From Candidatus Marinacidobacterales bacterium (GTDB lineage Bacteria; Acidobacteriota; Vicinamibacteria; Marinacidobacterales; SMYC01), in the NCBI GenBank assembly GCA_965237955.1, contig OZ250169.1, forward strand, positions 4,512,001 to 4,576,000: DNA of 64,000 nt, given 5' to 3'. The first letter of the stretch is position 1; the number at the start of each line of letters is the position of its first letter. Made by a program: the position numbers and the translations under genes. Shown here piece after piece: positions 1 to 9,898 of the stretch. The notes beneath the pieces are model-generated. The model did no database searches, was not told the origin of the DNA, and saw only the letters and a program-made list of their open reading frames with translations.

Positions 1-1
1 G

Positions 2-670
2 ATGGAGCCACTCCGGACACACCTCGGCTTGTCCCGAAAAGACGCGCGCGATCGATCCATCGAGCTTCTTCGCGAAGTGCAGATCCCCGAGCCCGAGCGG
101 CGCGTTTCCGACTACCCGCACCAGCTCAGCGGCGGGATGAAACAACGCGTGCTCATCGCGATGGCGATCGCATGCGACCCCGAGCTCCTCATCGCCGACG
201 AACCGACGACGGCGCTCGACGCGACGCTTCAAGCGCACATTCTCGAGCTCCTCGCTCGTCTCAAAGAGGATCGGAACTTGTCGCTTCTTCTGATCACGCA
301 CGATCTCAGCCTGGTCAAAGAAAATACCGATCGTGTCGCGGTGATGTATGCGGGGCGGCTCGTCGAGCTCGGACCGTCGGACAGCATCCTCTCGAATCCC
401 TCTCATCCGTACACGAGAGGGCTGTGGCAATCCCTCCCCAAGCCGCGCGGCGACAAGCCTGGAAAGGCCAAGCTCCACGCAATGACGGGCACGGTGCCCC
501 ACCTCGCCACGCTCCCGGCCGGGTGCGCGTTCCAAGCTCGGTGTCCGGACCACTTCGATGCGTGCGACCAGGAAGTTCCCACCCTTCAAGACGTCGACGG
601 CCATAGTACCCACCGTGCCGCGTGCTACCTGAACACTGCCGTGCTTGACGCGATGACGACGAAGGTATGA
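2..670 (+). CDS. Oligopeptide/dipeptide ABC transporter ATP-binding subunit (OppD/DppD type), 5' part outside window
   Basis: LSGGMKQRV signature, Walker B LLIADEPTTALD, ITHDL, and C-terminal HPYT...GCAF..RC oligo-HPY domain. Confidence 0.93.
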   Translation: MEPLRTHLGLSRKDARDRSIELLREVQIPEPERRVSDYPHQLSGGMKQRVLIAMAIACDPELLIADEPTTALDATLQAHILELLARLKEDRNLSLLLITHDLSLVKENTDRVAVMYAGRLVELGPSDSILSNPSHPYTRGLWQSLPKPRGDKPGKAKLHAMTGTVPHLATLPAGCAFQARCPDHFDACDQEVPTLQDVDGHSTHRAACYLNTAVLDAMTTKV

Positions 671-819
671 GCCCCGTGAGGAACGAGCGAGAGACTCTCG
701 TCTCCGCCAAGGAGCTGACGAAAGTCTTCCCCGCGCGGCGCGGGTTGTTCGCGCAACCTGCGGAAGACGGGGAGCTCTTGCGTTCCGTGCCCCTCGTGAA
801 GCTGATCGAGGGAGGCTGA
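667..819 (+). pseudogene. 5' fragment of second ABC ATPase (OppF/DppF type), truncated next to an IS3 remnant
   Basis: ATG overlaps upstream stop (ATGA); reads MSPVRNERETLVSAKELTKVFPARRGLF..., a typical OppF N-terminus, then stops before Walker A. Confidence 0.7.
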
Positions 820-845
820 CGTCTAACAGGAAGGCTGATTTCATG

Positions 846-1480
846 ACCGTGCCGCCGACATCGGTGAACCATCCACGCCGACCGTGGCAGCTCGATGCGA
901 AGCAAGTCCGTAGCTATGCTCCTGGCTGACCTCGGCGTTACCAAGACCCACTCCAGACCTTACGTCTCGAACGATAACCCCTACTCCGAGTCCCAGTTCA
1001 AGACTCTGAAGTATTGCCCTCAGTTTCCGAGCCGTTTTGGTTCCATCGAAGACGGCCGGCTGTTCTGCGGCGGCTTCCTCGACTACTACAATCACGAACG
1101 CCGGCACTCGGGAATCGGCCTCATGACACCGGCCGCCGTTCACGATGGTCTCGCGGAACAGCTCACCACTGCCCGGCGCCAAATCCTCCTCGAAGCTCAT
1201 CGGGCTCATCCCGAACGCTTCGTTCGCGGAATGCCACAGCCCCCCGTTTTGCCTCCTCAGGCCTGGATCAACCCGCCGCCGGAGAAAACGACGCGCCAGG
1301 AGGCCGCCGGAGCCACTTTCTCGAGGTGGTCCACACCTGGGGTACCCCCGGATTCAGGCCAACGCGACCAGATCTCGCCGCACGCAGACGGTGACCGCCC
1401 CGGGCCCACGAGTCTTACTGCATTGATTGAGGCTCACTAAATGCAGTCCGCGGGTGTCTCAAAGTTGTTGACACGTTCCG
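846..1480 (+). mobile_element. IS3-family transposase 3' remnant with right end
   Basis: HADRGSSMRSK..LGVTKTHSRPYVSNDNPYSESQFKTLKY..YYNHERRHSGIG (integrase core C-half); the end reads ...TGTCTCAAAGTTGTTGACACGTTCCG. Confidence 0.85.
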
Positions 1481-1699
1481 CTCGAAAACAACCCCAAGCG
1501 ATGCGCACAGATTGATTTGGCCATCCGCACACCTCTTGCTGTAGTCATCTATGCTGATGTCCTGGGCGTAGGTATTTCCCACGACTAGAAAACCCAAACC
1601 CACAACGATTGCTCTGATTAGCACCCTAGTAACGAGCAGAAGCCCAGTGAGTTTCGACTTCAGCTTAGATGTGAGACTCATGAGCGTCGTCGTCGTCAT
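1481..1699 (-). pseudogene. N-terminal fragment of an exported Sel1/Hcp-like repeat protein, cut by the IS3 remnant
   Basis: Hydrophobic signal ending TYA-Q followed by 'YSKRCADGQINLCASLGVVFE' (C..G...C..LG pattern), then runs into the IS end. Confidence 0.4.
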
Positions 1700-1723
1700 G
1701 CGGTAGACATTGCCCCTCTGTTC

Positions 1724-2329
1724 TCACCTCGACGGACGAGACTCACCAGTCTTGGCGTGGACGACGATACGGAAGAACGTGAGGCGTTCTCGCCAAAGCT
1801 CGAACGGGATACTCGCGGTCATCTCGTCGTTGGAGATGTATCGACTTTCAATCTGGTGCTTCGGTCCCTTCCGGTCGTCGACGGAGGCGAAGACCTTGGC
1901 GCCCGGCTGGAATCCGTGGCCCCGCAACGTGCTCTCTTGGTTCGGGGGACCACCGGGGACGAGGAAGGGCATCGCAGCCGGCGAGTGGGAGGCGATCTCC
2001 GGCCAAATCGAGTCGTCATTTGACGCGAGCGGGTTCCAGTCTCCATCGAGGGGCTGATAGAGGATCTGTTCGGAGACGACGACGTTGTTCCGGTACGAGC
2101 GGACCTGGAACTCCAGGTTGCCGTAGATCTCTAGAAGATGGAGATTGTAGAGCATGACGAGCTCACGCTCCGAGCGGAAGACGGTAGTCTGCGGTGACAT
2201 GGAGGAGCTCAGATACGTTGCGAGAAACACGGACCCTAGTGGACGCTCGAGCGCTCTCCTAGGCCTGAATGGGAGAAACAACATCGCTACCCAGACGATC
2301 AGGGCTGCGATACTGAGAAAACGCTCCAT
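1724..2329 (-). CDS. Hypothetical membrane-anchored protein (possibly the 3' part of a gene disrupted by ISL3)
   Basis: 201-aa ORF with N-terminal hydrophobic segment; no recognised family. Confidence 0.45.
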   Translation of the reverse strand: MERFLSIAALIVWVAMLFLPFRPRRALERPLGSVFLATYLSSSMSPQTTVFRSERELVMLYNLHLLEIYGNLEFQVRSYRNNVVVSEQILYQPLDGDWNPLASNDDSIWPEIASHSPAAMPFLVPGGPPNQESTLRGHGFQPGAKVFASVDDRKGPKHQIESRYISNDEMTASIPFELWRERLTFFRIVVHAKTGESRPSR

Positions 2330-2595
2330 CTTTCAATGATGCCATACGGTGAGGTCGACGACACGAGTGGTTGTGCTCCTATGGTCCGCAAAAACTCGAT
2401 CCGGCGTTGATTCCTTGACTTCGAGCTCCTTGTGGCCAAAAGACTCATCCGGCTTCCCGATGGCAAAACGGAGCAACGCGCGCCCTCGGTCTGATGTAAC
2501 TGTTCGCAGACGCCGATCTCAGGCCAAGGTGTATATTCTGGATAACCAAATCGGCTTTCGGTGACGACGTACCTAGAATTACGGATTAATAATGT

Positions 2596-4311
2596 GCCTC
2601 TCCTGCCATTTCAGTGGATCCTCTCGAGGGTGAGACCGCCACAGTTTAGGTAGACGAGACTGATGAGAGCTTCGGCAGAGTGGAGTCCAAAGCTGCGGTG
2701 GCTCAGCAGCCGGATTTTGTTGTTCATTCCTTCGAGTCGGCCGTTGCTGAGTCTCCACGTGACCCACGCGATGACGCCATCGAAGTGGCTGCTCATCTTC
2801 GCCGCGCGTTTGACGGGCTCTATCCTCGAGCTCATAGCGCGCCGCAGCCATCCTCGGAGAAACTTCTTGGCCCATGTCTCGGTTTTGTAGGTGTAGAGGT
2901 CCATGAAGTCGTCGCGCAGAAGCATGGCGCGGTAGAGGCGACGATTAGCTCGCACCTGCTCGCGGAGCACCCGTTTGTCTTTCGCGCTGCGGTTGTGTTT
3001 GGCCTTGAGAAGGGGAAACTTGGTGTTCTTGAGGTTGCGCCGGGCAGTCCCTTTGAGCTCGCGCACCAGCTCGCGCCGGGTCTTATCCACGGCCTCGTTC
3101 AGATGCTTGACGATGTGGAAGCGGTCAAAGATCACCCGTGCCTGAGGAGCCTTTTTGCCGACGACAGTTATGTACGGCTCCCACATGTCCATGCTGACCG
3201 CTTCGAGCTCCGCGGCTCTTTGTGGTCCGAGCTTGCGGAAAAACCGCAGCAGCGTCTTGGCCTTGCGCTCCTTTCCCGCCCAGACGACCCGGCCGCTGAG
3301 ATGGTCTATTACCACTGTTAAGTACTTGTGGCGTTTGCGGTAGCTGATCTCGTCCATCCCAATCACCCGCAATCCATCGAGCTCGCGCCGCTCATCCCGC
3401 TGCTCGGCAACCACTCGCTGGATGATCCGTCGCACCGAACGCCACGTCACTCGGAAATAGTTCGCTACGGCGCTGACGTCCGTCCTCTGTGCCAGCCACG
3501 CTACCTCTTGTTCGAAGCTTTTGGTAAAGCGGCTTCCCTTGTCTGCCCAAGGCACCTTTTCTCTGACCACTCCACACCGCCGACATACCACTCGTCGGAT
3601 CGAGTAGCGAAGATAGGTCCGGACTCCGAACAGGTCCAAGTGCCGCCAGTAGCGATTGTAGCGATCTTTGTTCTTGCGGACCTTTCGTCCGCAAATCCCG
3701 CACAGAGGCTTCCTCCTCCGTGGTACTACATCCACCACCACTCTGGCTTTGTCCGCCTGGAAGTGGAAACCTCGGACCCACAGGCCTTGCAATCCGATGA
3801 GCTTGTTGACTAACGTAGTAACGCGCATCGCGGGAACGCTCTTTTCTCTTTCGGAAAAAAAGATTCTAGCGTTCTCGCCGATGCGCATCTACACATGGCT
3901 TACCCTCTCAACCCACGGGCCTCACCAAATGCCACTGCCCCTCAGCGGGAGACAAGGCTGTGGGAAACGCCCCCACGGTTCTGGTCGTTCAGACCTTGCT
4001 CACGACTGAGTTCTCTTCGAAGCCTGGAAGGGCGTTTTCCATAGCCTCCACTAATCGAGCCCCCCCTTCCTTATTCCATATGAATTAATCTTTCTTGTAT
4101 ATATATCAGGAGGGGCCTGTGGGCGCTCGTGGGAAACGCGAAGCGTTTTCCAAGCGATTGTGGAAAACGCCGCTCCACGTTTGTACGTGCTCACAACCTT
4201 TCCCTAAACGCCTCTCTCGCCCGGAGTTTCCGGCGTTTTCCACAATCGCGGCAGCGTCCATAGGCCATGCCCTCCAACACAAATCAGATCCCCCGAAACG
4301 ACAGGAGAACC
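2596..4311 (-). mobile_element. ISL3-family insertion sequence (~1.7 kb)
   Basis: Imperfect 24-bp terminal IRs: GCCTCTCCTGCCATTTCAGTGGAT (2596) and ATCCCCCGAAACGACAGGAGAACC (4288-4311); no TSD seen. Confidence 0.85.
2611..3828 (-). CDS. ISL3 transposase
   Basis: zf-ISL3 CxxC pairs, GMDEISYRKRHKYLTVV, SMDMWEPY, FDRFHIV, NGRLEGMNNKIR..FG. Confidence 0.92.
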   Translation of the reverse strand: MRVTTLVNKLIGLQGLWVRGFHFQADKARVVVDVVPRRRKPLCGICGRKVRKNKDRYNRYWRHLDLFGVRTYLRYSIRRVVCRRCGVVREKVPWADKGSRFTKSFEQEVAWLAQRTDVSAVANYFRVTWRSVRRIIQRVVAEQRDERRELDGLRVIGMDEISYRKRHKYLTVVIDHLSGRVVWAGKERKAKTLLRFFRKLGPQRAAELEAVSMDMWEPYITVVGKKAPQARVIFDRFHIVKHLNEAVDKTRRELVRELKGTARRNLKNTKFPLLKAKHNRSAKDKRVLREQVRANRRLYRAMLLRDDFMDLYTYKTETWAKKFLRGWLRRAMSSRIEPVKRAAKMSSHFDGVIAWVTWRLSNGRLEGMNNKIRLLSHRSFGLHSAEALISLVYLNCGGLTLERIH

Positions 4312-4434
4312 AAAGCGGTTAAGTGAGAATCGTGCACCATAGAGACCTCGGAGACCTTCAGGGGCGAACGTTTCTGCGCGAGCCGTTCGGCTACGATTCT
4401 TTCGCTGGGATCGTGACAAAGGCGGGCTGGAGCG

Positions 4435-4524
4435 GTATAACCGCGCGTGCAACTGACGATCGGCGAGGGCTTATTTAAGAGGGATCAGGGTGACGCCGCT
4501 CGCAGCTGACCCGGGCCGTTAACC
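4435..4524 (+). other. Solitary integron attC-like recombination site
   Basis: GTATAAC-N5-GTGCAACTGAC ... GCAGCTGA-N8-GTTAACC with inner stem CGATCGGCG/CGCCGCTCG; ATG 8 nt after the R' box (4533). Confidence 0.55.
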
Positions 4525-4580
4525 CGACAAGCATGAAGCAGCTTTCCGAACGGGGCTTAGCGCTGGTTGTACCAGACACC

Positions 4581-5667
4581 TGCCTTGGTGCACAACTCGC
4601 GATCTCGGTCCACAATTCTCCTGTACTCGCGGATTCGAGGTTCCCCATGAGCATTTTCAAACGCACTCAGCGTAAGTATGTGAAGAAGGCCTATCGCGTG
4701 AGGAATTGGCGTGAATATGAGGTGGGTCTACGCAACCGCGGGAGCCTGACCGTCTGGATCTCGCTCACCGCCGGCAAGCTTGTGAACTGGGACGCGCCCC
4801 GGCCGAGGAGGAGGAAACCGGGCCGTCAACGCAAGTACTCGAACCACGCCATCGAGACGGCTGTCACCCTGGGCATGGTGTTTCATCTGTCATCTAGGCA
4901 GAGCGAGGGATTGCTGCGATCGTTGTTCGCTCTGATGAAGCTAGACAATGATGTGCCCGATCACACCACGATCTCGAGGCGCAAGGCGAAGCTGGGTAAG
5001 GTCCCCTTCTACCAAGACAAGCAGAAGACGCCGTTGCACATCTTGATCGACAGCAGCGGTCTCGCTGTCCACGCCGGCCAGCTGCGCAGAGCACCAAAGA
5101 GCAGGGACTATCGCAAGCTCCATCTGTGTGTCGACGAGCAGAGTGGCGAAGTCGTCGCCGGCGAGCTGACGAGCAAAAGAGCCCGCGATTCATCGCGGGT
5201 TGCATCGCTTGTCGGACAGATCGACAGTCCCATCTCATCGGCCAGAGCTGACACCGCATACGACGCCGGCGGCGTCTATGAGGCAATCGAGAATCACAGC
5301 GCTCATCGCTCGCCGAGGGTGCTGATACCGCCGCGCAAGGGCGCCCAGCTCGCATCGGGGCCGGCGAGCAGCCGACAGCGCAATCGCAACATTGCAGCAC
5401 AAGCTCGGCTCGGCAAACGAAAGTGGCACACAGAATCGGGCTACAGCAAACGGAGCAAAGTCGAGACAACGTTCCATCGCTACAAGGCTATCGTGGGCTC
5501 AGCGATGCGAGCGAGAGGGTTGGCGGCACAGAGAGTCGAGGCAAGGATCGGGTGCAAGATTCTGAACACCATGACGGCGCTCGGGATGCCTGATAGCGAG
5601 ATGATCGGATGATGGGAGTCGGGGCCAAGCGAGCTATCGGCCTCTATCGGAGTTGTGCACCAAGGCA
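4581..5667 (+). mobile_element. IS5-family (IS903-like) element, copy 1, 1087 bp
   Basis: Perfect 18-bp IR TGCCTTGGTGCACAACTC / GAGTTGTGCACCAAGGCA; no TSD. Confidence 0.93.
4647..5612 (+). CDS. IS5/IS903-group transposase
   Basis: YRVRNWREYE.GLRNRGSLTVW, PDHTTISRR, IDSSGL, KLHLCVD, ADTAYD, YSKRSKVETTFHRYK. Confidence 0.92.
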   Translation: MSIFKRTQRKYVKKAYRVRNWREYEVGLRNRGSLTVWISLTAGKLVNWDAPRPRRRKPGRQRKYSNHAIETAVTLGMVFHLSSRQSEGLLRSLFALMKLDNDVPDHTTISRRKAKLGKVPFYQDKQKTPLHILIDSSGLAVHAGQLRRAPKSRDYRKLHLCVDEQSGEVVAGELTSKRARDSSRVASLVGQIDSPISSARADTAYDAGGVYEAIENHSAHRSPRVLIPPRKGAQLASGPASSRQRNRNIAAQARLGKRKWHTESGYSKRSKVETTFHRYKAIVGSAMRARGLAAQRVEARIGCKILNTMTALGMPDSEMIG

Positions 5668-5797
5668 CCCTGCCGCTCCCGATGGCGCCGGGCAGCTCTC
5701 AGACCCAGGTAGATGCGCCCGAGATCGATCGCCACGCGCGGCAGGTGACTGAGCCCGATCAGTGATAACCGATCAAACTTGATGAATTATCCTCCGT

Positions 5798-7060
5798 TTA
5801 TCTTGATACGCCACACCAATCTAAGATGGAGGCAGCCAGAATCTTGGTCGCCATTATGACATCATCTACCAGCACCCACTCATTGTTGGCATGCATCTGT
5901 TCCGTCTTTCCCGGTCCGAAGATGACCGTCGGGGTTTGGCCAGGCAGGTTCAAGAATCGAATATCGGCCGCTCCCTCCCGGCCGGAGATTTCCGGTTCCT
6001 GCCCAGTTAACTCCCGAAACTTACGAGCTATTGTTTGGACAATTGGGCTGTTCACTGGTATTTCGGAAGGTACAGCAAAATACCCGGTAAAAACAATTTC
6101 CGGTGGATGTTCGGCCAGCCAAGGATCGGAGGCGACGCGTTCCCGGACAAAAGATGTGAATTCAGCTTTGACAGCATCGGAATCTTCCCCCGGCACCGTG
6201 GCAAGGCTACCTTTCAGAAGTGCAGTGTCGGGGAAGGCGCTGTTGTAACTGCCCGCCTCGAATGCACCCACCATGCAAGGAATCGCACACTTGATGTTCG
6301 GATAAAGTGGATGGCTTACTCTAGACATGCGGAGCTTTTCAAATTCGGCGACGGCTCGAAGCACGGGGTAAGCCTTTTCAATGCCATTGACACCTTCCCA
6401 CTGGCGCTGAATACCTGCTGCTTTGCCCCTAACCGTAATTTCAAACCAGATGCGCCCAATGGATGCTGGCTGGACCTTCATGCTGCTGGTCTCGCAGCAG
6501 ATTCCTGCGTCCGCCTTGTACCCTCGCATGACGCAATCTAGCGTGCCATTTCCACTAAGCTCTTCATCCACCACGTATTCCAGTATGACGTCGCCGGCCA
6601 GTTTGACACCAGAACGGACCACGGCTTCTACAGCCATAGTCATAGCAGCAACGCCCGCTTTCATGTCCGAAGTGCCACGGCCATAGATCCGGCCGTCAGC
6701 CAAATCTCCAGACCAGGGGTCGTGCTCCCAGGCTTCTTTCGCACCAGCGGGAATAACGTCAACGTGTCCATTTAACAATAGGGACCGGCCGCTGCTATTC
6801 CCCTTTAGGGTAGCGACCACGTTCGGGCGGCCTTCGTATCCGCGAGAAACTGGAACATAGGCAGGATGTTTCTTAAGAGCCTCCCAGTCCGGCTCGAATA
6901 CATCGACAGCAAGCCCCAAATCCGCCATCTTCTCGGCAATAAACTTCTGGATCTCCCCTTCGCTACCGGTCACGCTGGGATAAGCGATGAGTTGCTGCAA
7001 GAATATGATGACATCGTTCGACATCGAATCAACGGTATCCAAAACAGTTTCTTTCGTCAC
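5798..7060 (-). CDS. ArgE/DapE-family M20 metallo-deacylase
   Basis: LLLNGHVDV, IYGRGTSDMKAG, DEELSGNG, FGPG..EQMHANNE; lower GC than flanks. Confidence 0.9.
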   Translation of the reverse strand: MTKETVLDTVDSMSNDVIIFLQQLIAYPSVTGSEGEIQKFIAEKMADLGLAVDVFEPDWEALKKHPAYVPVSRGYEGRPNVVATLKGNSSGRSLLLNGHVDVIPAGAKEAWEHDPWSGDLADGRIYGRGTSDMKAGVAAMTMAVEAVVRSGVKLAGDVILEYVVDEELSGNGTLDCVMRGYKADAGICCETSSMKVQPASIGRIWFEITVRGKAAGIQRQWEGVNGIEKAYPVLRAVAEFEKLRMSRVSHPLYPNIKCAIPCMVGAFEAGSYNSAFPDTALLKGSLATVPGEDSDAVKAEFTSFVRERVASDPWLAEHPPEIVFTGYFAVPSEIPVNSPIVQTIARKFRELTGQEPEISGREGAADIRFLNLPGQTPTVIFGPGKTEQMHANNEWVLVDDVIMATKILAASILDWCGVSR

Positions 7061-7169
7061 CTAACTACCTCAATCTTATGAGTCTCAGGATTCTTGTAAA
7101 TAATATATCAGGCGCTAATTGGTGTCAGTCGCAAAGCACAGACCAGGCAGATTGCCTTCATTGGCACAG

Positions 7170-7650
7170 AGGGAAGCTCCGTTTGACATTTGTGGACCTA
7201 AGAGTGGTGCTTCCGCCGTCCACTGTTGGCGATCCGTACGTATCCCCATGCGAGCAAAGCGATTATACCAAGTTTGAGGCAAGCTGGACTCGACAACGTC
7301 CAAATGGACTGTAAGCTATTGAACCGTTATGTCTGAAGACATCCCAGCAACACTTAATGACGGAAGCACCTCCGTTCGTGGACTGGCGCGCCCATGCGGC
7401 GATGGGCAATCGCTCGCTGGCCAGCGAGCAATATCGGAAGCTCCAGAACATCTGGAGTGGGTATTCTGTGCTGGGTCTGAAAGAGGTGTCGGACTATCTC
7501 ACTTCAACGGATGCCGAAGGTCAATAAACTTTGGAGCTCGTTCGCGACGTCTCGACGCGAATGGATTTCGCGAAACTTCCGTTGATTGTCACGGACGGAT
7601 TCGGTCTCTACGGGAAGGTCTTGATGGCGGAAGCACCGTCGATCAATAGG
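7170..7650 (+). mobile_element. Degenerate IS1-like transposase remnant
   Basis: Broken frames including 'LVRDVSTRMDFAKLPLIVTDGFGLYGKV' (xTDG motif); boundaries approximate. Confidence 0.35.
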
Positions 7651-7898
7651 AAAAATCAAGGTCCGTTGGCGTGCCGGGGAGAGGCAGAACTCAATTTTGA
7701 GGGGGTTCGCATGAGTCGTTGGTCAAAGCTGAGCTGAGTCCGACGCACGGCAAGCGGAATTCACGCGGAGAGGAGCTGCTAGCTCTGATTGAGACATAGC
7801 ACGGCCATGGAACGGTCGGCTGAGAGAGCTCGTTCTAGGAAGAAGCGGAATCAGGATCGCGGTTTTTACCTGGAGGAGCGCGCGCGGGTGGGTTTTGT

Positions 7899-8260
7899 TT
7901 ATCGAGATGATCGAGAATCCGTCGGATCACCTTGGGCTCGGTGATGAAAGAAACGATGCGCATTTGGCCGCCGCATTTTTTTGCAAATCAACGGGTCGGT
8001 TTTGAACACACGGCGGATCAAATTGGCCCATCGTCGGCGAAGAGTTTTACGCTGGGTAGCGTTGAGCTCGTCGTCGGCTGCAGGTGGTTTCTTTCGGGAA
8101 TATTTTCTACTTCGTCGAGCGTAGTGGCCGTAGTACAAGATCGAATGTTGGCTAGGCTGGGGAATGTGGATGAGCACCCGGGCAAGGAACTCGAGCGGGT
8201 CGAGAAGCTCGGCTTTTCTGTTTCTTGATTTGGGCTGATAGAGGACGTAAATAGAAGGAT
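7899..8260 (-). mobile_element. IS91-family (Y2) transposase C-terminal remnant
   Basis: LDPLEFLARVLIHIP....ILYYGHY, WANLIRRVFKTDPLIC; after a poly-T frameshift (~7980) continues CGGQMRIVSFITEPKVIRRILDHL. Confidence 0.8.
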
Positions 8261-8334
8261 CAAATGTTTTAAGGGAGGTGTTAAGTGCATCAAAAAAATC
8301 CAAAAAGTTTTATCAGTAAGGAAAGGAGGCTATC

Positions 8335-9894
8335 TTGATGTTTACTCGACAAGTTGTTTGTGCAAACCTTTTCTTGTCCATGTTTTTGGGCCTGTGCCAT
8401 GTTGCAACGGCTAAATCCGTACCAATTGATGCGGAAATGCCCAGTCAACAGGCCCAGGAAGAGGACGATTCCATTCCGTCGGAACAGAAGGTACGGCGTT
8501 ATGTGAACCCGCTTCCCCTGGAATATCCTGTCCATTCATCAGCGGGTGGTGATGGATTTGATAGGATGAATGTCGCGGATCCCACGGTCGTACGGCATGA
8601 TGGACAGTATTATCTGTTCGGCACAGAGGGCATGGCATGGGTTTCCTCCGACCTGGTGAACTGGAAATATCATCCTGTAACCCTGCCCGAGGGCAGAAGC
8701 GCAGTAGCACCCGACGTTGCCGAGTATAAGGGTAATTTTTACATGTGCGGCAACACTCAAGATTTATTCCGCAGTCCCCACCCCCTGGGCCCATGGGAAT
8801 TCATCGGCGAGTTCAAGGATGAAAAAGGCGAAACCTTTAGCTTAGGCGACTGCATGATGTTCGTCGATGATGACGAGCGTGTTTATATGTATTACTCGGC
8901 TGACGGAATTTACGGGGTAGAGCTTGACCAGAATGATTTAAGAAAATTTAAATCCGCCCCCACGCACTTTTTCCGTTTCGAGCCATCACATATCTGGGAG
9001 CGATTCGGTGATCGCAACGAGTATTCCAAGCTCTCCTGGATCGAGGCTCCCTGGATGACCAAACACAATGGAACCTACTACCTGCAATACTCTGGTCCAG
9101 GGACCGAATGGAAAACCTATGCCGTAGGATACTATACCAGTAGCAGTCCACTCGGTCCTTTCACCTATTACCCGGGCAGTCCCATTCTTGTGCACAACAA
9201 AGGCTTAATCAACGGTGTTGGACATCATTGTGTCATCGATGCCCCGGACGGCTCATTGTGGGCATTTTTCAATATCCTGTACCAGAACTTGCCGGGTCGT
9301 CTGGAAGAAAGGCGCATTGGCATGGACCCTGTTGAGTTTGATGAAGATGGGAACATGAATATTCTCGGTCCTACTGAGACTCCACAATGGGGGCCCGGAT
9401 TAAAAACACAAGCCCTGGATGACGCTATTGGTGACGTCATCCCTGTATCAATCAATAAAACGGAATATTCTGTCAGCAGTGAAGCTCCGGGACGTGATGC
9501 ACAATATGCCTTCGACAACTACATCAGAACATGGTGGGAGGCGGATGCAAATGATCCTCAACCCAGGCTGATGATTGACCTCGGCTTTCTCGACACTGAC
9601 CAGGAGTTCATCATTAATTCTTCACGGATTATATTTACGGCCTATAAGCTGAAACGTTCTGAAGGTATAGTTCCAGGTCCTTACCAGTACAAAATCGAGG
9701 TTTCATCAGACGGAGAGACCTTTAGAACAGCGGTTGATAAGACAAAAAACAACCTAACGAAAAATGTCGAATATGACGAGATTGACCCAGTAAAGTGCCG
9801 GTATGTCAGGCTGACCGTTACCGGAGCACCCCCTAAGGTTCCTGTCGGCATCATCGAGTTTACTGTTTTTGGCAATCCAGTAGAACCTAAGTAA
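8335..9894 (+). CDS. Exported GH43 glycoside hydrolase with C-terminal F5/8 type C (CBM32-like) domain
   Basis: Signal peptide; ADPTVV, APDV, WIEAPWMTKHNGTYYLQYSGPGTE, GHHCV; C-terminal AFD...TWW and RYVRLTVT..IIEF. Confidence 0.9.
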   Translation: MMFTRQVVCANLFLSMFLGLCHVATAKSVPIDAEMPSQQAQEEDDSIPSEQKVRRYVNPLPLEYPVHSSAGGDGFDRMNVADPTVVRHDGQYYLFGTEGMAWVSSDLVNWKYHPVTLPEGRSAVAPDVAEYKGNFYMCGNTQDLFRSPHPLGPWEFIGEFKDEKGETFSLGDCMMFVDDDERVYMYYSADGIYGVELDQNDLRKFKSAPTHFFRFEPSHIWERFGDRNEYSKLSWIEAPWMTKHNGTYYLQYSGPGTEWKTYAVGYYTSSSPLGPFTYYPGSPILVHNKGLINGVGHHCVIDAPDGSLWAFFNILYQNLPGRLEERRIGMDPVEFDEDGNMNILGPTETPQWGPGLKTQALDDAIGDVIPVSINKTEYSVSSEAPGRDAQYAFDNYIRTWWEADANDPQPRLMIDLGFLDTDQEFIINSSRIIFTAYKLKRSEGIVPGPYQYKIEVSSDGETFRTAVDKTKNNLTKNVEYDEIDPVKCRYVRLTVTGAPPKVPVGIIEFTVFGNPVEPK

Positions 9895-9898
9895 ATAA

